A stretch of 64,000 nt of DNA, taken from assembly GCA_016934825.1 (NCBI GenBank), contig JAFGSB010000158.1:66842-130841 (forward strand), written 5' to 3'. Position 1 is the first letter of the stretch. Every line of letters begins with the position of its first letter. Made by a program: the position numbers and the translations under genes. The stretch is from Candidatus Zhuqueibacterota bacterium. Lineage in GTDB: Bacteria > Zhuqueibacterota > Zhuqueibacteria > Residuimicrobiales > Krinioviventaceae. Positions 48,833 to 59,015 of this stretch are shown here, one piece after another. The notes below the pieces were generated by a model that was not told the origin of the DNA, ran no database searches, and saw only the letters and a list, made by a program, of their open reading frames with translations.

Positions 48833-49861
48833 ATGATTATCAAAGTGGACGAATTTATTGCGTTTTTATATAAATGTCAGGATAAGGGATTTTCCGGTTT
48901 TGATCAAATTATTTTACCCGTCAGGTCCGGGAATAAAGATTCGGATTCGTTTTATTTTGCGCAATTATCAAAATCAAAAGAATTTGATATAGACTCCTAC
49001 CGGACCGTCGATCCATTAAAAATGTTTTTCTTTCTTCCCCGTGAAAAAATTCTGCCGCAAACATTTGATAATACAAAACGCTTGATCGTCGGCGCAAAAG
49101 GTTGTGATATCAGGGCGCTGAAAGTGCTTGACAAGGCCATGATTAATGAAGATTTTGTCGATCCCGCTTATTTTTATTGGCGGCAAAATACCACAATCAT
49201 TAGCGCGGATTGTACCGACATTGCCCCGACCTGTCATTGTAATCTGGTAGACGGACATCCTTATGCCGAAGCTAATTTTGATCTGAATCTTTCCCGCTAT
49301 AAAGATGTTTATGTCGTCACATCGGGAAGTGAAAAGGGCGAGGAATTGCTGGAATTATTAAAAAAGGAATGTAAAGTTGAACCCGGGTCCCCAGAAATTT
49401 CTGCCAATATTCAGGAGCAAAGAAATAAAATAATCCGGTTATTGGAAAAACAAAATGAACAATACGAGAGAAATAATGAATTTGAAAAATTAAAACAAAA
49501 CCCGATGGATAATTGGTCAGATGAATCCAAAACATGTATCGGGTGCGGCGCCTGTACGAATATCTGCCCGACCTGTTATTGTCTTATTTTAAATGATGAA
49601 ACAAAAGCGGAAGAATTTGTCAAGGTCAGGAGCATGGATTCCTGCCAGTTAAACGGATATGCCCGCGTTGCCGGCGGAAGCACGCCCCGGCCTAAAATGT
49701 TCCAGAGATTTCGTAATCGTTATTTATGTAAATTTCTATTTATGAAAAGTAATTTTGATATGTTGGGCTGCACGGGGTGCGGAAGGTGTACGGAAGCATG
49801 CGCGGCCCAAATTGATTTTCGTCAGGTAGTCAATTCTGTTTTGAACGCGGTTGTCGATTGA
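48833..49861 (+). CDS. AsrA/HydB-like iron-sulfur subunit (anaerobic sulfite reductase A / sulfhydrogenase beta family)
   Basis: C-terminal CIGCGACTNICPTCYC and CTGCGRCTEAC clusters; typical length. Confidence 0.65.
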   Translation: MIIKVDEFIAFLYKCQDKGFSGFDQIILPVRSGNKDSDSFYFAQLSKSKEFDIDSYRTVDPLKMFFFLPREKILPQTFDNTKRLIVGAKGCDIRALKVLDKAMINEDFVDPAYFYWRQNTTIISADCTDIAPTCHCNLVDGHPYAEANFDLNLSRYKDVYVVTSGSEKGEELLELLKKECKVEPGSPEISANIQEQRNKIIRLLEKQNEQYERNNEFEKLKQNPMDNWSDESKTCIGCGACTNICPTCYCLILNDETKAEEFVKVRSMDSCQLNGYARVAGGSTPRPKMFQRFRNRYLCKFLFMKSNFDMLGCTGCGRCTEACAAQIDFRQVVNSVLNAVVD

Positions 49862-49875
49862 AAATAGATATGTAT

Positions 49876-50062
49876 AGCACTAGTGTCCGGTTAAACCCGG
49901 ACACGACATTCGTAACATATTATTTTATTAACGTTTTTGGATATGATTTCATTAATTGATATGGTTGAATAAAATTAAATTTTTCCAATTTTTAGCTTGA
50001 TTTTATTGAACTTGTAAACCGGATCAGGCAGCGGTGTCCGTTAACCGGACATCAGTGATGTT
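49876..50062 (+). repeat. About 190-bp hairpin-terminated intergenic repeat, copy C (inside the hydrogenase operon)
   Basis: 5' GCACTAGTGTCCGGTTAAACCCGGACACGACATTCGTAACATATTA ... 3' CCGGATCAGGCAGCGGTGTCCGTTAACCGGACATCAGTGATGTT. Confidence 0.7.
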
Positions 50063-50095
50063 ATAGTAGAATTTTTGAGGTAACAGGAGAAGATT

Positions 50096-50917
50096 ATGAA
50101 TAACCCGTATGAGGTCGTACCTGCCACGATATATGAAATTATTCAGGAATCTCCGTTAATTCGCACGTTACGTGTTCAACCGGAGAAACCCATACCGTTT
50201 AAAACCGGACAATTTATTGAACTGACCATACCCGGCATTGGCGAGGGTCCGTTTACTCCTTCATCATCACATTTCATCAGCGAAAATATGGATATTACCA
50301 TCATGAAAACCGGTTTTGTGACGGAATATGTTCACAGAGCTAAAGTCGGCGACAAAGTGGGTTTGAGGGGACCCTACGGTTCGCATTATCCGCTCGAAAA
50401 ATTCAAGGGTAAGGACCTTTTGATACTTGGCGGCGGCTGCGGACTCGCGCCGTTACGATCACTTTTTACGACCCTGCTGCATGAAGTGGAAGATTATAAC
50501 AGCATTACATTTTTCGCGGGAGCTAAAACGCCAAAGGATTGTATCTACAAGGATTCGGTGACGGATTGGAGAAAATATGACAATGTCACGTTTATGCGCA
50601 GTGTCGATGTTGTTCCCGATGGCGAAGAGTGGGACGAGGAAGTTGGGCTGGTTACTTCGCTGTTATCCAAACTGGATATTGATACGGCTGTAAATCCGGC
50701 GGTGGTTTGCGGACCGCCTGTTATGATGAAGTTTGGTACAATGGATTTGATCAAATGCGGTTTCCGGGAAGAAAATATATATCTGTCGATGGAAAAGAAA
50801 ATGTACTGCGGTTTCGGCCAATGCCGGCATTGCGTGATGGGCGAGTTTTATGCCTGCAAAGACGGCCCCGTGTTTACTTATGCCCGGATAAAGAATGAGG
50901 AGGATATTTGGGAATGA
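50096..50917 (+). CDS. AsrB/HydG-like FAD/NAD(P)-binding oxidoreductase subunit with C-terminal [2Fe-2S]
   Basis: FNR-like fold (GQFIEL, LILGGGCGLAPLRS) and CGFGQCRHCVMGEFYAC cluster as in PyrK/AsrB/sulfhydrogenase gamma. Confidence 0.8.
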   Translation: MNNPYEVVPATIYEIIQESPLIRTLRVQPEKPIPFKTGQFIELTIPGIGEGPFTPSSSHFISENMDITIMKTGFVTEYVHRAKVGDKVGLRGPYGSHYPLEKFKGKDLLILGGGCGLAPLRSLFTTLLHEVEDYNSITFFAGAKTPKDCIYKDSVTDWRKYDNVTFMRSVDVVPDGEEWDEEVGLVTSLLSKLDIDTAVNPAVVCGPPVMMKFGTMDLIKCGFREENIYLSMEKKMYCGFGQCRHCVMGEFYACKDGPVFTYARIKNEEDIWE

Positions 50918-51417
50918 AAAAACTTTTTATTGATGTTCCGGCCCTGATCAATTCCGGCGCAGCAGTCGATCAAATTAAATGCGAATATCTTTTTCACAGA
51001 AAAAATAACGGCGCTTTTTCCCTGCTGGAGGTGGCGCAATTTGCTTCATATTGCCGGCAGTGTACGGAATCGTTCTGCGTCTCGGCATGCCCGGTGGAAG
51101 CCCTGGAACGGCAGGAAACCGGAACCATCAAACGGCATAATATGCGATGTGTGGGGTGCAAAAGTTGTGTACTGGCCTGCCCGTTCGGAACGATTTTCCC
51201 CGAGGTCATTAATTATGTGACCTGTCAGTGCGATTTGTGTTTGAATCAGTTGGAGCAGGATCCTGACTATGTTCCGCTGTGTGTGAAAACCGCACCCGCT
51301 CAAACCTTTGCGATGAAAGAGTTAACGGAAGAAGACCCGCAGCAGCATATCTATTTTTCGGGTAAGCATCTGGCAATTAAAAGTCCGAACTGGCGGCACA
51401 AGGAGGGCAAGTCATGA
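50908..51417 (+). CDS. 4Fe-4S dicluster electron-transfer subunit (HycB/HyfA-like)
   Basis: CRQCTESFCVSACP and CVGCKSCVLACP plus a CDLC motif. Confidence 0.7.
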   Translation: MGMKKLFIDVPALINSGAAVDQIKCEYLFHRKNNGAFSLLEVAQFASYCRQCTESFCVSACPVEALERQETGTIKRHNMRCVGCKSCVLACPFGTIFPEVINYVTCQCDLCLNQLEQDPDYVPLCVKTAPAQTFAMKELTEEDPQQHIYFSGKHLAIKSPNWRHKEGKS

Positions 51418-52343
51418 ACATAGAATATGTGTTTTTCCTGCTCATTTTTCCCGGTCTGTTATTTACCGGTATTTTGGGACTGACCGTCGGCTGGGTTGAC
51501 CGGAAGGTCTCCGCGCGGTTCCAGTTTCGTGTCGGTCCGCCCTTTTTACAGAATTTTAATGATTTTTTCAAATTGCTTGGCAAAGAAACGATCATCGTCA
51601 AAGAAGGAGTACATTCATTATTTATTGCGGCTCCTTTTATCGCTTTTGCCGTGATCGTTCTGATTTCAACCATGATCGGCGTCGCTTTGTTCTTCAATAA
51701 AGGCTTCGGCGGCGACCTGTTTGTGATCATGTATTTGTTAATGGTTTATTCCGTTATGATCATATTAGGCGGATCGTCTACAGGAAACGTTTATTCCAGC
51801 ATTGGCGCCGCAAGAGAAATGAAACTGTTGCTGGCCGATGAACTGGCTTTTATATTTGTGTGTATGGTGCCCGTCGTTAAAGCGGATTACCAGTTGAGTC
51901 TTGAACAGATTTTGAACTGGCAAAGTATTGAAGGCGCTTTTATAGGTTCCGTATCCGGTGTGATCGCCTTTATTGTCGGTATCCTGTGTATCCAGGCAAA
52001 AATGACGCTGCCGCCGTTCCATATCCCGGAAGCGGAAACGGAACTCGTAGAGGGGCCATTTATGGAATACAGCGGGCCGCCGCTGGCTTTCTGGAAATTA
52101 AACCATTTTATGCTGTATGTTGTCCTGCCCTTTTTACTGGTGCTGTTATTTCTGGGCGGTTTCAATCTGCACGGTCTGGGTATACTTTGGGCCGTTTTAA
52201 AATATTTTTTGATTGTCGTGGTTATGATCATTATAAAAAATACCAATCCGAGGATCAGGATTGATACGGCATTAAATTTTTTCTGGAAATACGCCGCGCT
52301 GTTGGGTTTTATAGCTTTAATCTTAGCCGTGTTAGGAGTTTAA
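51414..52343 (+). CDS. Group 4 hydrogenase membrane subunit (NuoH/HycD/EchB family)
   Basis: 309-aa 8-TM protein with complex-I subunit-1 family signature regions. Confidence 0.75.
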   Translation: MNIEYVFFLLIFPGLLFTGILGLTVGWVDRKVSARFQFRVGPPFLQNFNDFFKLLGKETIIVKEGVHSLFIAAPFIAFAVIVLISTMIGVALFFNKGFGGDLFVIMYLLMVYSVMIILGGSSTGNVYSSIGAAREMKLLLADELAFIFVCMVPVVKADYQLSLEQILNWQSIEGAFIGSVSGVIAFIVGILCIQAKMTLPPFHIPEAETELVEGPFMEYSGPPLAFWKLNHFMLYVVLPFLLVLLFLGGFNLHGLGILWAVLKYFLIVVVMIIIKNTNPRIRIDTALNFFWKYAALLGFIALILAVLGV

Positions 52344-52344
52344 T

Positions 52345-52764
52345 ATGGGATGGTATAATAAAAGACTGGCAAAATCAATATGGGTGTTTCATCTAAGTGC
52401 GTCCCCGTGTAATAATTGTGATATCGAAATACTGGACCTGCTCACACCAAAATATGATCTGGAACGGTTCGGGATCAAGCTCGTGGGTTCTGTCAGGCAC
52501 GCGGATGTGATCCTGTTGAGCGGTATCATCAATCAAAAAGTCGCCCCCAAAGTTACACATTTATATTCGCAGGCGCCGAAACCTGTTTTTGTCGTCGGCG
52601 TGGGAACATGTCCTGCCGGCGGCTGTTGCTTTAACGACAGCTACAATAAAGTGCCCTGCCGAGAGGACGTCATTCCCATTGATATGTATATACCCGGTTG
52701 TCCGCCCAAACCGGAAGCCATGATCGAGGGCGTTGTAAAACTTGTGGAGGTTCTGAATGGATAA
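52345..52764 (+). CDS. [NiFe] hydrogenase small subunit (NuoB/HycG/EchC family)
   Basis: Cys ligands for the proximal cluster: CNNCD, GTCPAGGCCF and GCPPKPEA. Confidence 0.85.
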   Translation: MGWYNKRLAKSIWVFHLSASPCNNCDIEILDLLTPKYDLERFGIKLVGSVRHADVILLSGIINQKVAPKVTHLYSQAPKPVFVVGVGTCPAGGCCFNDSYNKVPCREDVIPIDMYIPGCPPKPEAMIEGVVKLVEVLNG

Positions 52765-53188
52765 AACCAAAGAATTCATCGAGGCTATGGGTGATAAAAT
52801 ATATAAAAAGATCGAGAAAAAAGGCCGCCTTTATTTCGAGGTGGATAATGAAAATTTACATACCGTGGTAGAGTATTTATTTCATAAAATGGGGTGCCGG
52901 TTATCCACGGCAACGGCGATGGAAATGTATCACGGCATAGAGGTGCTGTATCATTTTTCACACGACGAATCCGGCCAGTACTTTTGTCCGCGTATGGTCA
53001 TGACCGATCTGAAAAATCCGAAAATGAAATCGATTACGCCCATCATCAAAGGCGCGGAGTGGATTGAAAGGGAAATGTGTGAATTTTGGGGCATCGAATT
53101 TGAGGGCCATCCGCGTCCGGAACGGCTGCTGTCCAGAGAGCACCCCCAACAACTTGACAAACCATTACGATTCAGGAGGAATTCATGA
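52757..53188 (+). CDS. NuoC/EchD-like 30-kDa subunit
   Basis: NuoC-family fold; positioned between the NuoB-like and NuoD-like genes. Confidence 0.7.
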   Translation: MDKTKEFIEAMGDKIYKKIEKKGRLYFEVDNENLHTVVEYLFHKMGCRLSTATAMEMYHGIEVLYHFSHDESGQYFCPRMVMTDLKNPKMKSITPIIKGAEWIEREMCEFWGIEFEGHPRPERLLSREHPQQLDKPLRFRRNS

Positions 53189-54372
53189 ACAAGAATACCA
53201 TACCGGTTGGCCCATTCCATCCGTTGCTCGAAGAAGCCGAATATTTTAACCTGGTCGTTGATGGCGAAACCGTCGTTGATATTGATATTGATATCGGCTG
53301 GATGCACAGAGGGCACGAGTTTATCTCGGAACAAAAAACGTTTACCCAGTCCATTTATCTGGTGGAACGGATCTGCGGTATCTGTTCCACGTCACACCCG
53401 CTGGCATGCGTGCACGCGATAGAGGATGTCGATAATACCGAAATCCCATTGCGGGCGCGATATATCCGCACACTGATCGGAGAACTGGAACGCATTCACA
53501 GTCATCTGCTCTGGCTTGGCCTGGCAGGGCATTTTATCGGTTACGATACCCTGTGGATGTGGTCCTGGAAATACAGGGAGCCGGTTCTGCAAATGTTTGA
53601 GCTCATTTCCGGCAACCGCAATCATTACAACATGTTGAGAGTCGGGGGCGTCTCGAGGGATGTGGATCCAGAAAAAATTCCCGGCCTGACAGATGTATTG
53701 GATATGCTCGACAAAAAACTGATCATGATCGCCAAGGCCGCCAATGATGACCCGGTCCTCAGATCGCGATTGAAAGGAGTCGGCGTTTTAACCCATAAAG
53801 ACGCCCTCGATTATTGCGCTGTGGGTCCGACTTCCCGGGCATCCGGAGTCCCGGCGGATGTGCGCAAGTCCGAGGATATAGACGCATACAGCTTGGTCGA
53901 TTTTGATGTCATTGTGCTGGAAAACGGCGATGTCTATGATAAACTAATTGTCCGCGTGCTGGAAATGCTGGAATCCACAAAAATTTGCCGTCAATGTCTG
54001 GAAAAATTAAAAAAGGTAAAAGGTCCGATATTAAACAATGTGAAGAATATATCTGCAGGAGAAGGCATCGGCCGGTATGAAGCGCCGCGCGGCGAAGTGT
54101 TTCATTATGTACGGACCGACGGCACAAACAGGCCAATCCGGCACAAGGTTCGGGCCCCCAGCTATGTCAATATTCCCACTTACGCGGCGTCATGTGTGGG
54201 TCTGCCGATTGCCGATGTGCTCATCACAACTGCATCGGTCGATCCATGTTATTGTTGTACCGAACGCTCCCTGAAGGTCGTCAATAAAAATAAACAACCG
54301 TATCAAATAGACTTATTAAAGTTGTCCCGCGAAAAGACCGAACGGATCAGGAGGGAAACATATGGAGGTTAA
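53185..54372 (+). CDS. Group 4 [NiFe] hydrogenase large (catalytic) subunit (NuoD/EchE/MbhL-like)
   Basis: N-terminal RICGICSTSH (L1 CxxC) and C-terminal DPCYCCTER (L2 DPCxxCxxR) Ni-Fe ligand motifs. Confidence 0.85.
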   Translation: MNKNTIPVGPFHPLLEEAEYFNLVVDGETVVDIDIDIGWMHRGHEFISEQKTFTQSIYLVERICGICSTSHPLACVHAIEDVDNTEIPLRARYIRTLIGELERIHSHLLWLGLAGHFIGYDTLWMWSWKYREPVLQMFELISGNRNHYNMLRVGGVSRDVDPEKIPGLTDVLDMLDKKLIMIAKAANDDPVLRSRLKGVGVLTHKDALDYCAVGPTSRASGVPADVRKSEDIDAYSLVDFDVIVLENGDVYDKLIVRVLEMLESTKICRQCLEKLKKVKGPILNNVKNISAGEGIGRYEAPRGEVFHYVRTDGTNRPIRHKVRAPSYVNIPTYAASCVGLPIADVLITTASVDPCYCCTERSLKVVNKNKQPYQIDLLKLSREKTERIRRETYGG

Positions 54373-56182
54373 TGTTGTGCTGATTTATCTGGCCGCAATC
54401 CCCTTTGTGATTGCATTGTTGAATATTTTATTGCCGCCCGTTATGCAAAAAATTCTTACCCTGTTGGGTTTAATATATCTACTGCGGCTAACGGTACTCC
54501 TGTATTCCGGCGTGGCGGAAAATTTTATTTTGTTCGGGGAGACAGTATTTTCTGTTGACCGGTTGGGTCTGTTTGTGTTTACTTTTATCCAGGTTTTGAG
54601 TTTTATTATTTTCATATTTTCACTGCAGGGTCTGGATAAAAGAATCGAAAAAAAGTTTCTTATATTATATCCCATGACCGTTTCATTTTGCAACGGCGTC
54701 GTTTTGAGCGAACACGTCTTTAGTTTTTTGATTTTTTGGGGATTGTCGGGTCTGGCGCTGTATTTATTTTGCATGCTTGGGCTGACAAAAGGAACGCCGC
54801 AAACGGCAAAGAAAACTTTTATTTTAATCGGCGGGAGCGATGCTTTTTTAATTTTAGGAATGGTCAGTATCTGGTTTTTGAAACCGGGATCAAGCTGGTC
54901 GTTAATCGATCTGCACATACCGTTAACCGGTGAACTTTCTGTTGTCGCGTTTATCTGCCTGGTAATCGCTGCGTTTGCCAAAGCCGGGGGATTTCCGTTC
55001 CATACATGGGTTCCCGATTTCAGCCAGGACGCGCCCATTGAAAGTGCGGCATTCCTGCCGGCATCTTTGGATAAATTACTCGGCATTTATCTTTTGGCCC
55101 GGATAATGACGCAATTATTTGAGGTAACGGTCACCGTGAACCTTGTCATCATTACTCTTGGCGCGATGACGGTTATTTTTGCCGTCATGATGGCCATGAT
55201 ACAACACAGCGGCAGAAAACTGTTAGGGTACCACGCGGTCAGCCAGGTGGGGTATATGATCATGGGCGTCGGCAGCGGCGGCGCACTGGCGTTCGCGGGC
55301 GGGTTGTTCCATATGATCAATCATACAATTTATAAATCCAATCTGTTTTTAACGCTCGGCTCCGTGGAAAAACAGACCGGCACAAGCGACCTGGAGAACC
55401 TGGGCGGTCTGGGTAAAAAAATGCCGGTCACATTTATAATGGCCATGATCGGCGCGTTCGCCATATCCGGTATTCCACCGTTTAACGGATTTTTCTCCAA
55501 GTGGATGATTTATCAGGGTTTGCTTGAACTGGCCGGAAGTATGAGCAAGGTCCAGCAGGTATGGCTGCTTGTCTGTTTGATCCTGGCGGTTTTCGGCAGC
55601 GCGCTTACCCTGGCAAGTTTTTTGAAATTTTTACATTCGATCTATCTGGGAAAACGGCCTGCAAAGTATGATCATATAAAAGAAACAAAGCCCAATCAGT
55701 GGCTCTCAACCGGTTTGCTTTCCGCGCTATGTGTTGTATTTGGTTTGTTTGCGGTCAGTATTCCGTTAAAACGACTGATTTATCCCGTTACCATGGAATT
55801 GGGATATCCTTTACCCGACTTTTTGGGTGATTATAATCCGCAGTTGTTATTCCTGATGTTTGCCCTTGCATTTATTGCGGGATTCATTATTTACCTGTTT
55901 ACTAAAAATGTTCGTTACGACCAGAATTATCTCGGAGGTATGCCGGCCCTGGAAAAGTACAGGGTTGCCGGTACCGAATTTTATAATGAGATCCGCAACA
56001 TGAAACCTTTAAAAGCGATTTTCGACGCCGCCGGGAAAAAATATTTTGATATATATGATCTGGGAACCCGGTTTACTTTTTCGGTTTCCGGGCTCTTTCA
56101 ACGCGGCCATCCGGGACAGTTGCAGTTATATCTTTTATATATAATGGCGGGCGTTTTAATATTTATTTTGCTTGTTCATTAA
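54362..56182 (+). CDS. Antiporter-like membrane subunit (NuoL/MrpA/HyfB family)
   Basis: 606 aa, about 16 TM, proton-pumping complex-I ND5-family core. Confidence 0.8.
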   Translation: MEVNVVLIYLAAIPFVIALLNILLPPVMQKILTLLGLIYLLRLTVLLYSGVAENFILFGETVFSVDRLGLFVFTFIQVLSFIIFIFSLQGLDKRIEKKFLILYPMTVSFCNGVVLSEHVFSFLIFWGLSGLALYLFCMLGLTKGTPQTAKKTFILIGGSDAFLILGMVSIWFLKPGSSWSLIDLHIPLTGELSVVAFICLVIAAFAKAGGFPFHTWVPDFSQDAPIESAAFLPASLDKLLGIYLLARIMTQLFEVTVTVNLVIITLGAMTVIFAVMMAMIQHSGRKLLGYHAVSQVGYMIMGVGSGGALAFAGGLFHMINHTIYKSNLFLTLGSVEKQTGTSDLENLGGLGKKMPVTFIMAMIGAFAISGIPPFNGFFSKWMIYQGLLELAGSMSKVQQVWLLVCLILAVFGSALTLASFLKFLHSIYLGKRPAKYDHIKETKPNQWLSTGLLSALCVVFGLFAVSIPLKRLIYPVTMELGYPLPDFLGDYNPQLLFLMFALAFIAGFIIYLFTKNVRYDQNYLGGMPALEKYRVAGTEFYNEIRNMKPLKAIFDAAGKKYFDIYDLGTRFTFSVSGLFQRGHPGQLQLYLLYIMAGVLIFILLVH

Positions 56183-56216
56183 TTATAGATTCAATACGAA
56201 TAGAGCGGAGGAAATA

Positions 56217-56759
56217 ATGCCAATAGAAACCTGGTTAACGTTTGTTCTCGGGTTTATGATAATCGGATCGATCGTCGCGCTGGAATTGAAGGATATTTTG
56301 TCTTCGATCATCTCAATCGGGGTTGTCGGACTTGGGGTATCGGTCGCTTTTCTTTTTCTTCAGGCCCCGGATTTGGCGATTGTACAGTTCTTATTTGAGA
56401 TATTTGCGATTATCATTCTGGTCAAAGTCTTTATTAAAAAAGATTATCACTATGAAGAACCGTCAAGAATAAACAAAATGCTAATCGGTGTGACCGTTAT
56501 TACACTTGCCGTCATATTTATTTTCAGTATATCCGTGTTTAAAAATATACCGCCTTTTGGCGAGCCTTTACTGCATACGTCGAAATATTATCTTGAAAAT
56601 GGCGCCGGTGATACGGGAGCGGCAAACCTGGTCAGTTCCATTATTCTTGATTACAGGGCTTATGATACACTTGGAGAAGTAACGGTGTTATTTACCGCTA
56701 TTCTGGGTTCTGTAACGGTTCTACGATTGAGTATCCGAAAAAATAAAAATAAGGAATAA
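56217..56759 (+). CDS. MrpB/MnhB-like antiporter subunit
   Basis: VSSIILDYRAYDTLGE matches the MnhB motif. Confidence 0.7.
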   Translation: MPIETWLTFVLGFMIIGSIVALELKDILSSIISIGVVGLGVSVAFLFLQAPDLAIVQFLFEIFAIIILVKVFIKKDYHYEEPSRINKMLIGVTVITLAVIFIFSISVFKNIPPFGEPLLHTSKYYLENGAGDTGAANLVSSIILDYRAYDTLGEVTVLFTAILGSVTVLRLSIRKNKNKE

Positions 56760-56761
56760 AA

Positions 56762-57211
56762 ATGAAACGGCAGACAGGTATGACTTTGATTGTCAAAACC
56801 ATAACGCGGCTAACGGTATGGTTAATTATTCTTTACGGTTTTTATATTATCTTGCACGGCCATTTAACCCCCGGCGGCGGATTTGGCGGCGGCGTTATCA
56901 TTGCGCTGGCTTTTCTGAATGTATTGCTGGCATACGGACGTGAATTTACAGACAAATGGTTAAAGATTTCATTCCTGGAAAAGCTCGAGTCTTTAAGTAT
57001 TATCCTCTTTTTACTATTAGGGATAACGGCGCTATTGGCCGGTAAATTGTTCCTGGAAAATTTTATCGGTAAAGGGCATTTATATCATTTGTTGAGCGCC
57101 GGCACGATACCCGTTTTTAATATAATTATCGGAATTAAAGTGGCCATGTCTTTATTTCTGGTTATCTGGATTCTGTCCGGTTTGAAATTGGAGGAAGGAG
57201 AGGAGGCATGA
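56762..57211 (+). CDS. MnhB-domain membrane subunit (MbhE-like)
   Basis: HLTPGGGFGGGVIIA motif typical of MnhB-domain proteins. Confidence 0.6.
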   Translation: MKRQTGMTLIVKTITRLTVWLIILYGFYIILHGHLTPGGGFGGGVIIALAFLNVLLAYGREFTDKWLKISFLEKLESLSIILFLLLGITALLAGKLFLENFIGKGHLYHLLSAGTIPVFNIIIGIKVAMSLFLVIWILSGLKLEEGEEA

Positions 57212-57543
57212 TTATTTATCTTTTGTGTTTTGTACTTTTTCTGGTCGGGATTTATGGCGTTATAACCAAAAGGGACCTGGTCAAGATCATCCTTTCGCTC
57301 GCCATTATGGGATATTCGGCCAATCTTTTTTTAATTTTGTTCGCCTATAAAAAATCGGCGTTATATCCCATTTTGGAAAAAGGGGTGGACGTCCCGATGG
57401 TCGATCCGCTGCCGCAGGCCCTTGTTCTGACTTCGATTGTTATTGAATTGGGTACTACAGCCCTGCTTGTTTCCCTTGTTGCTAAGTTGTTTCAAAAATA
57501 CAGGACATTTGACATTACTAAAATAAGGAGGCTGTTAGGATGA
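57208..57543 (+). CDS. MrpC/NuoK-like subunit
   Basis: 111 aa, 3 TM, NuoK-like. Confidence 0.7.
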   Translation: MIIYLLCFVLFLVGIYGVITKRDLVKIILSLAIMGYSANLFLILFAYKKSALYPILEKGVDVPMVDPLPQALVLTSIVIELGTTALLVSLVAKLFQKYRTFDITKIRRLLG

Positions 57544-59015
57544 TCCTCCCATTTTATATCATTATACCTTTATTTACGGCATTTCTCATTTCGTTGATCG
57601 GCGGTAAAAAAGATTATGCGGCTGTGATTTTTTCCGTAATATCTGTTTTTTCGCTGGTTTGTCTGTCATTATATGGTTTTTTTATCGGCGGCCGGCAAAT
57701 CCTGGTGTACAGGATGAGCGCATGGGATATCCCTGTCGGCATAAATCTGGTTCAGGACTCTTTGTCATCATTTGTACTGGTTATGATCAGCATCATTTCA
57801 TTAACCTCGGTCCTGTTTTCAATCCAGTATATCCGGCATTTATCCCAAGATTGGAAATACTATGCTCTATTTATGCTGTTGTTGTCCGGTATGAACGGTG
57901 TCGTGCTGACCGGCGACCTGTTCAATCTGTTTGTTTTTATGGAGATCGCCCTGATAGCGGCTTTTTCCCTTGTCGCTTATGGCGGCAGGGCGGAGGAGTA
58001 TGAAGCGGCTTTTAAATATGCCGTGATGGGTTCCGTCTCATCAACGTTGATACTGGTCGGAATTGCGGTAACTTATTGCTCGACATCGACATTAACGCTG
58101 GCGCTCATCGCCGAACGATTACCCGCGCTAAATACCAAAGTCGTTTACTGGATCGGCGGTCTTTTTATGGCAGGTTTCGGACTTAAAACCGCGGCCATGC
58201 CGTTTCACGCCTGGCTCCCGGACGCGCATTCTTCCGCACCGGCTCCGATATCTTCCATGCTTTCCGGTGTGCTGATTAAGGCGCTTGGAATTTATGTTTT
58301 GATACGAATTTTCTTTAACGTGTTGGGCGCGCCGGAATTATTTATGCGTATTTTTATGGTGCTCGGGACTGTTTCCATCATAATCGGCGTTTTCCTGGCC
58401 ATCGGTCAATGGGATATGAAAAGACTGCTGGCGTATCACAGTATCAGCCAGATCGGTTATATATTACTGGGCCTGGGACTGGCAACGCCGCTTGGCATAT
58501 TGGGCGCAATATTTCATATGTTCAATCACGCTATATTTAAAGGATTATTGTTTTATAATGCCGGCGCTGTTGAAATGGCCCTCGGAACGCGTAATTTAAA
58601 GAACCTGGGAAATATTTCAAAATTACTGCCGGTCACATCCGGCACGTCAATGATCGCGTCATTGTCCATTTCCGGGATTCCGCCTTTTAACGGATTTTTC
58701 AGTAAACTTATTATTATCATTGCTGCGATTAAATCCGGGCATCCTGTATACGCATTTCTGGCCGTTGTGGGAAGTATTCTGACACTGGCTTCATTTATGA
58801 AGGTGCAAAGATACGGCTTTCATGGCGACAGGGTGATTGAAACAAAGCAAACCAATGTTGGCCTGGCCATGAATGGGGCAATGATCACGCTTGCCGTATT
58901 ATGTCTGGTAACCAGTTTGATGATCGTGCCCGGTATAAAGGAGAGTATTTTAGACCCGGTCATTGCGGTCATTTTGAATAAAACCCAATACATTCAAATG
59001 GTTATGGGGAGGTGA
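57540..59015 (+). CDS. MrpD/NuoM-N-like antiporter subunit
   Basis: 491-aa ND2/4 family core, including the WLPDAH motif. Confidence 0.8.
   Translation: MILPFYIIIPLFTAFLISLIGGKKDYAAVIFSVISVFSLVCLSLYGFFIGGRQILVYRMSAWDIPVGINLVQDSLSSFVLVMISIISLTSVLFSIQYIRHLSQDWKYYALFMLLLSGMNGVVLTGDLFNLFVFMEIALIAAFSLVAYGGRAEEYEAAFKYAVMGSVSSTLILVGIAVTYCSTSTLTLALIAERLPALNTKVVYWIGGLFMAGFGLKTAAMPFHAWLPDAHSSAPAPISSMLSGVLIKALGIYVLIRIFFNVLGAPELFMRIFMVLGTVSIIIGVFLAIGQWDMKRLLAYHSISQIGYILLGLGLATPLGILGAIFHMFNHAIFKGLLFYNAGAVEMALGTRNLKNLGNISKLLPVTSGTSMIASLSISGIPPFNGFFSKLIIIIAAIKSGHPVYAFLAVVGSILTLASFMKVQRYGFHGDRVIETKQTNVGLAMNGAMITLAVLCLVTSLMIVPGIKESILDPVIAVILNKTQYIQMVMGR

Noticed and set aside
54385-55086. 233-aa minus-strand ORF inside the NuoL-like gene
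   Set aside because: Antisense shadow of a conserved membrane-subunit gene; the translation has no recognisable features.
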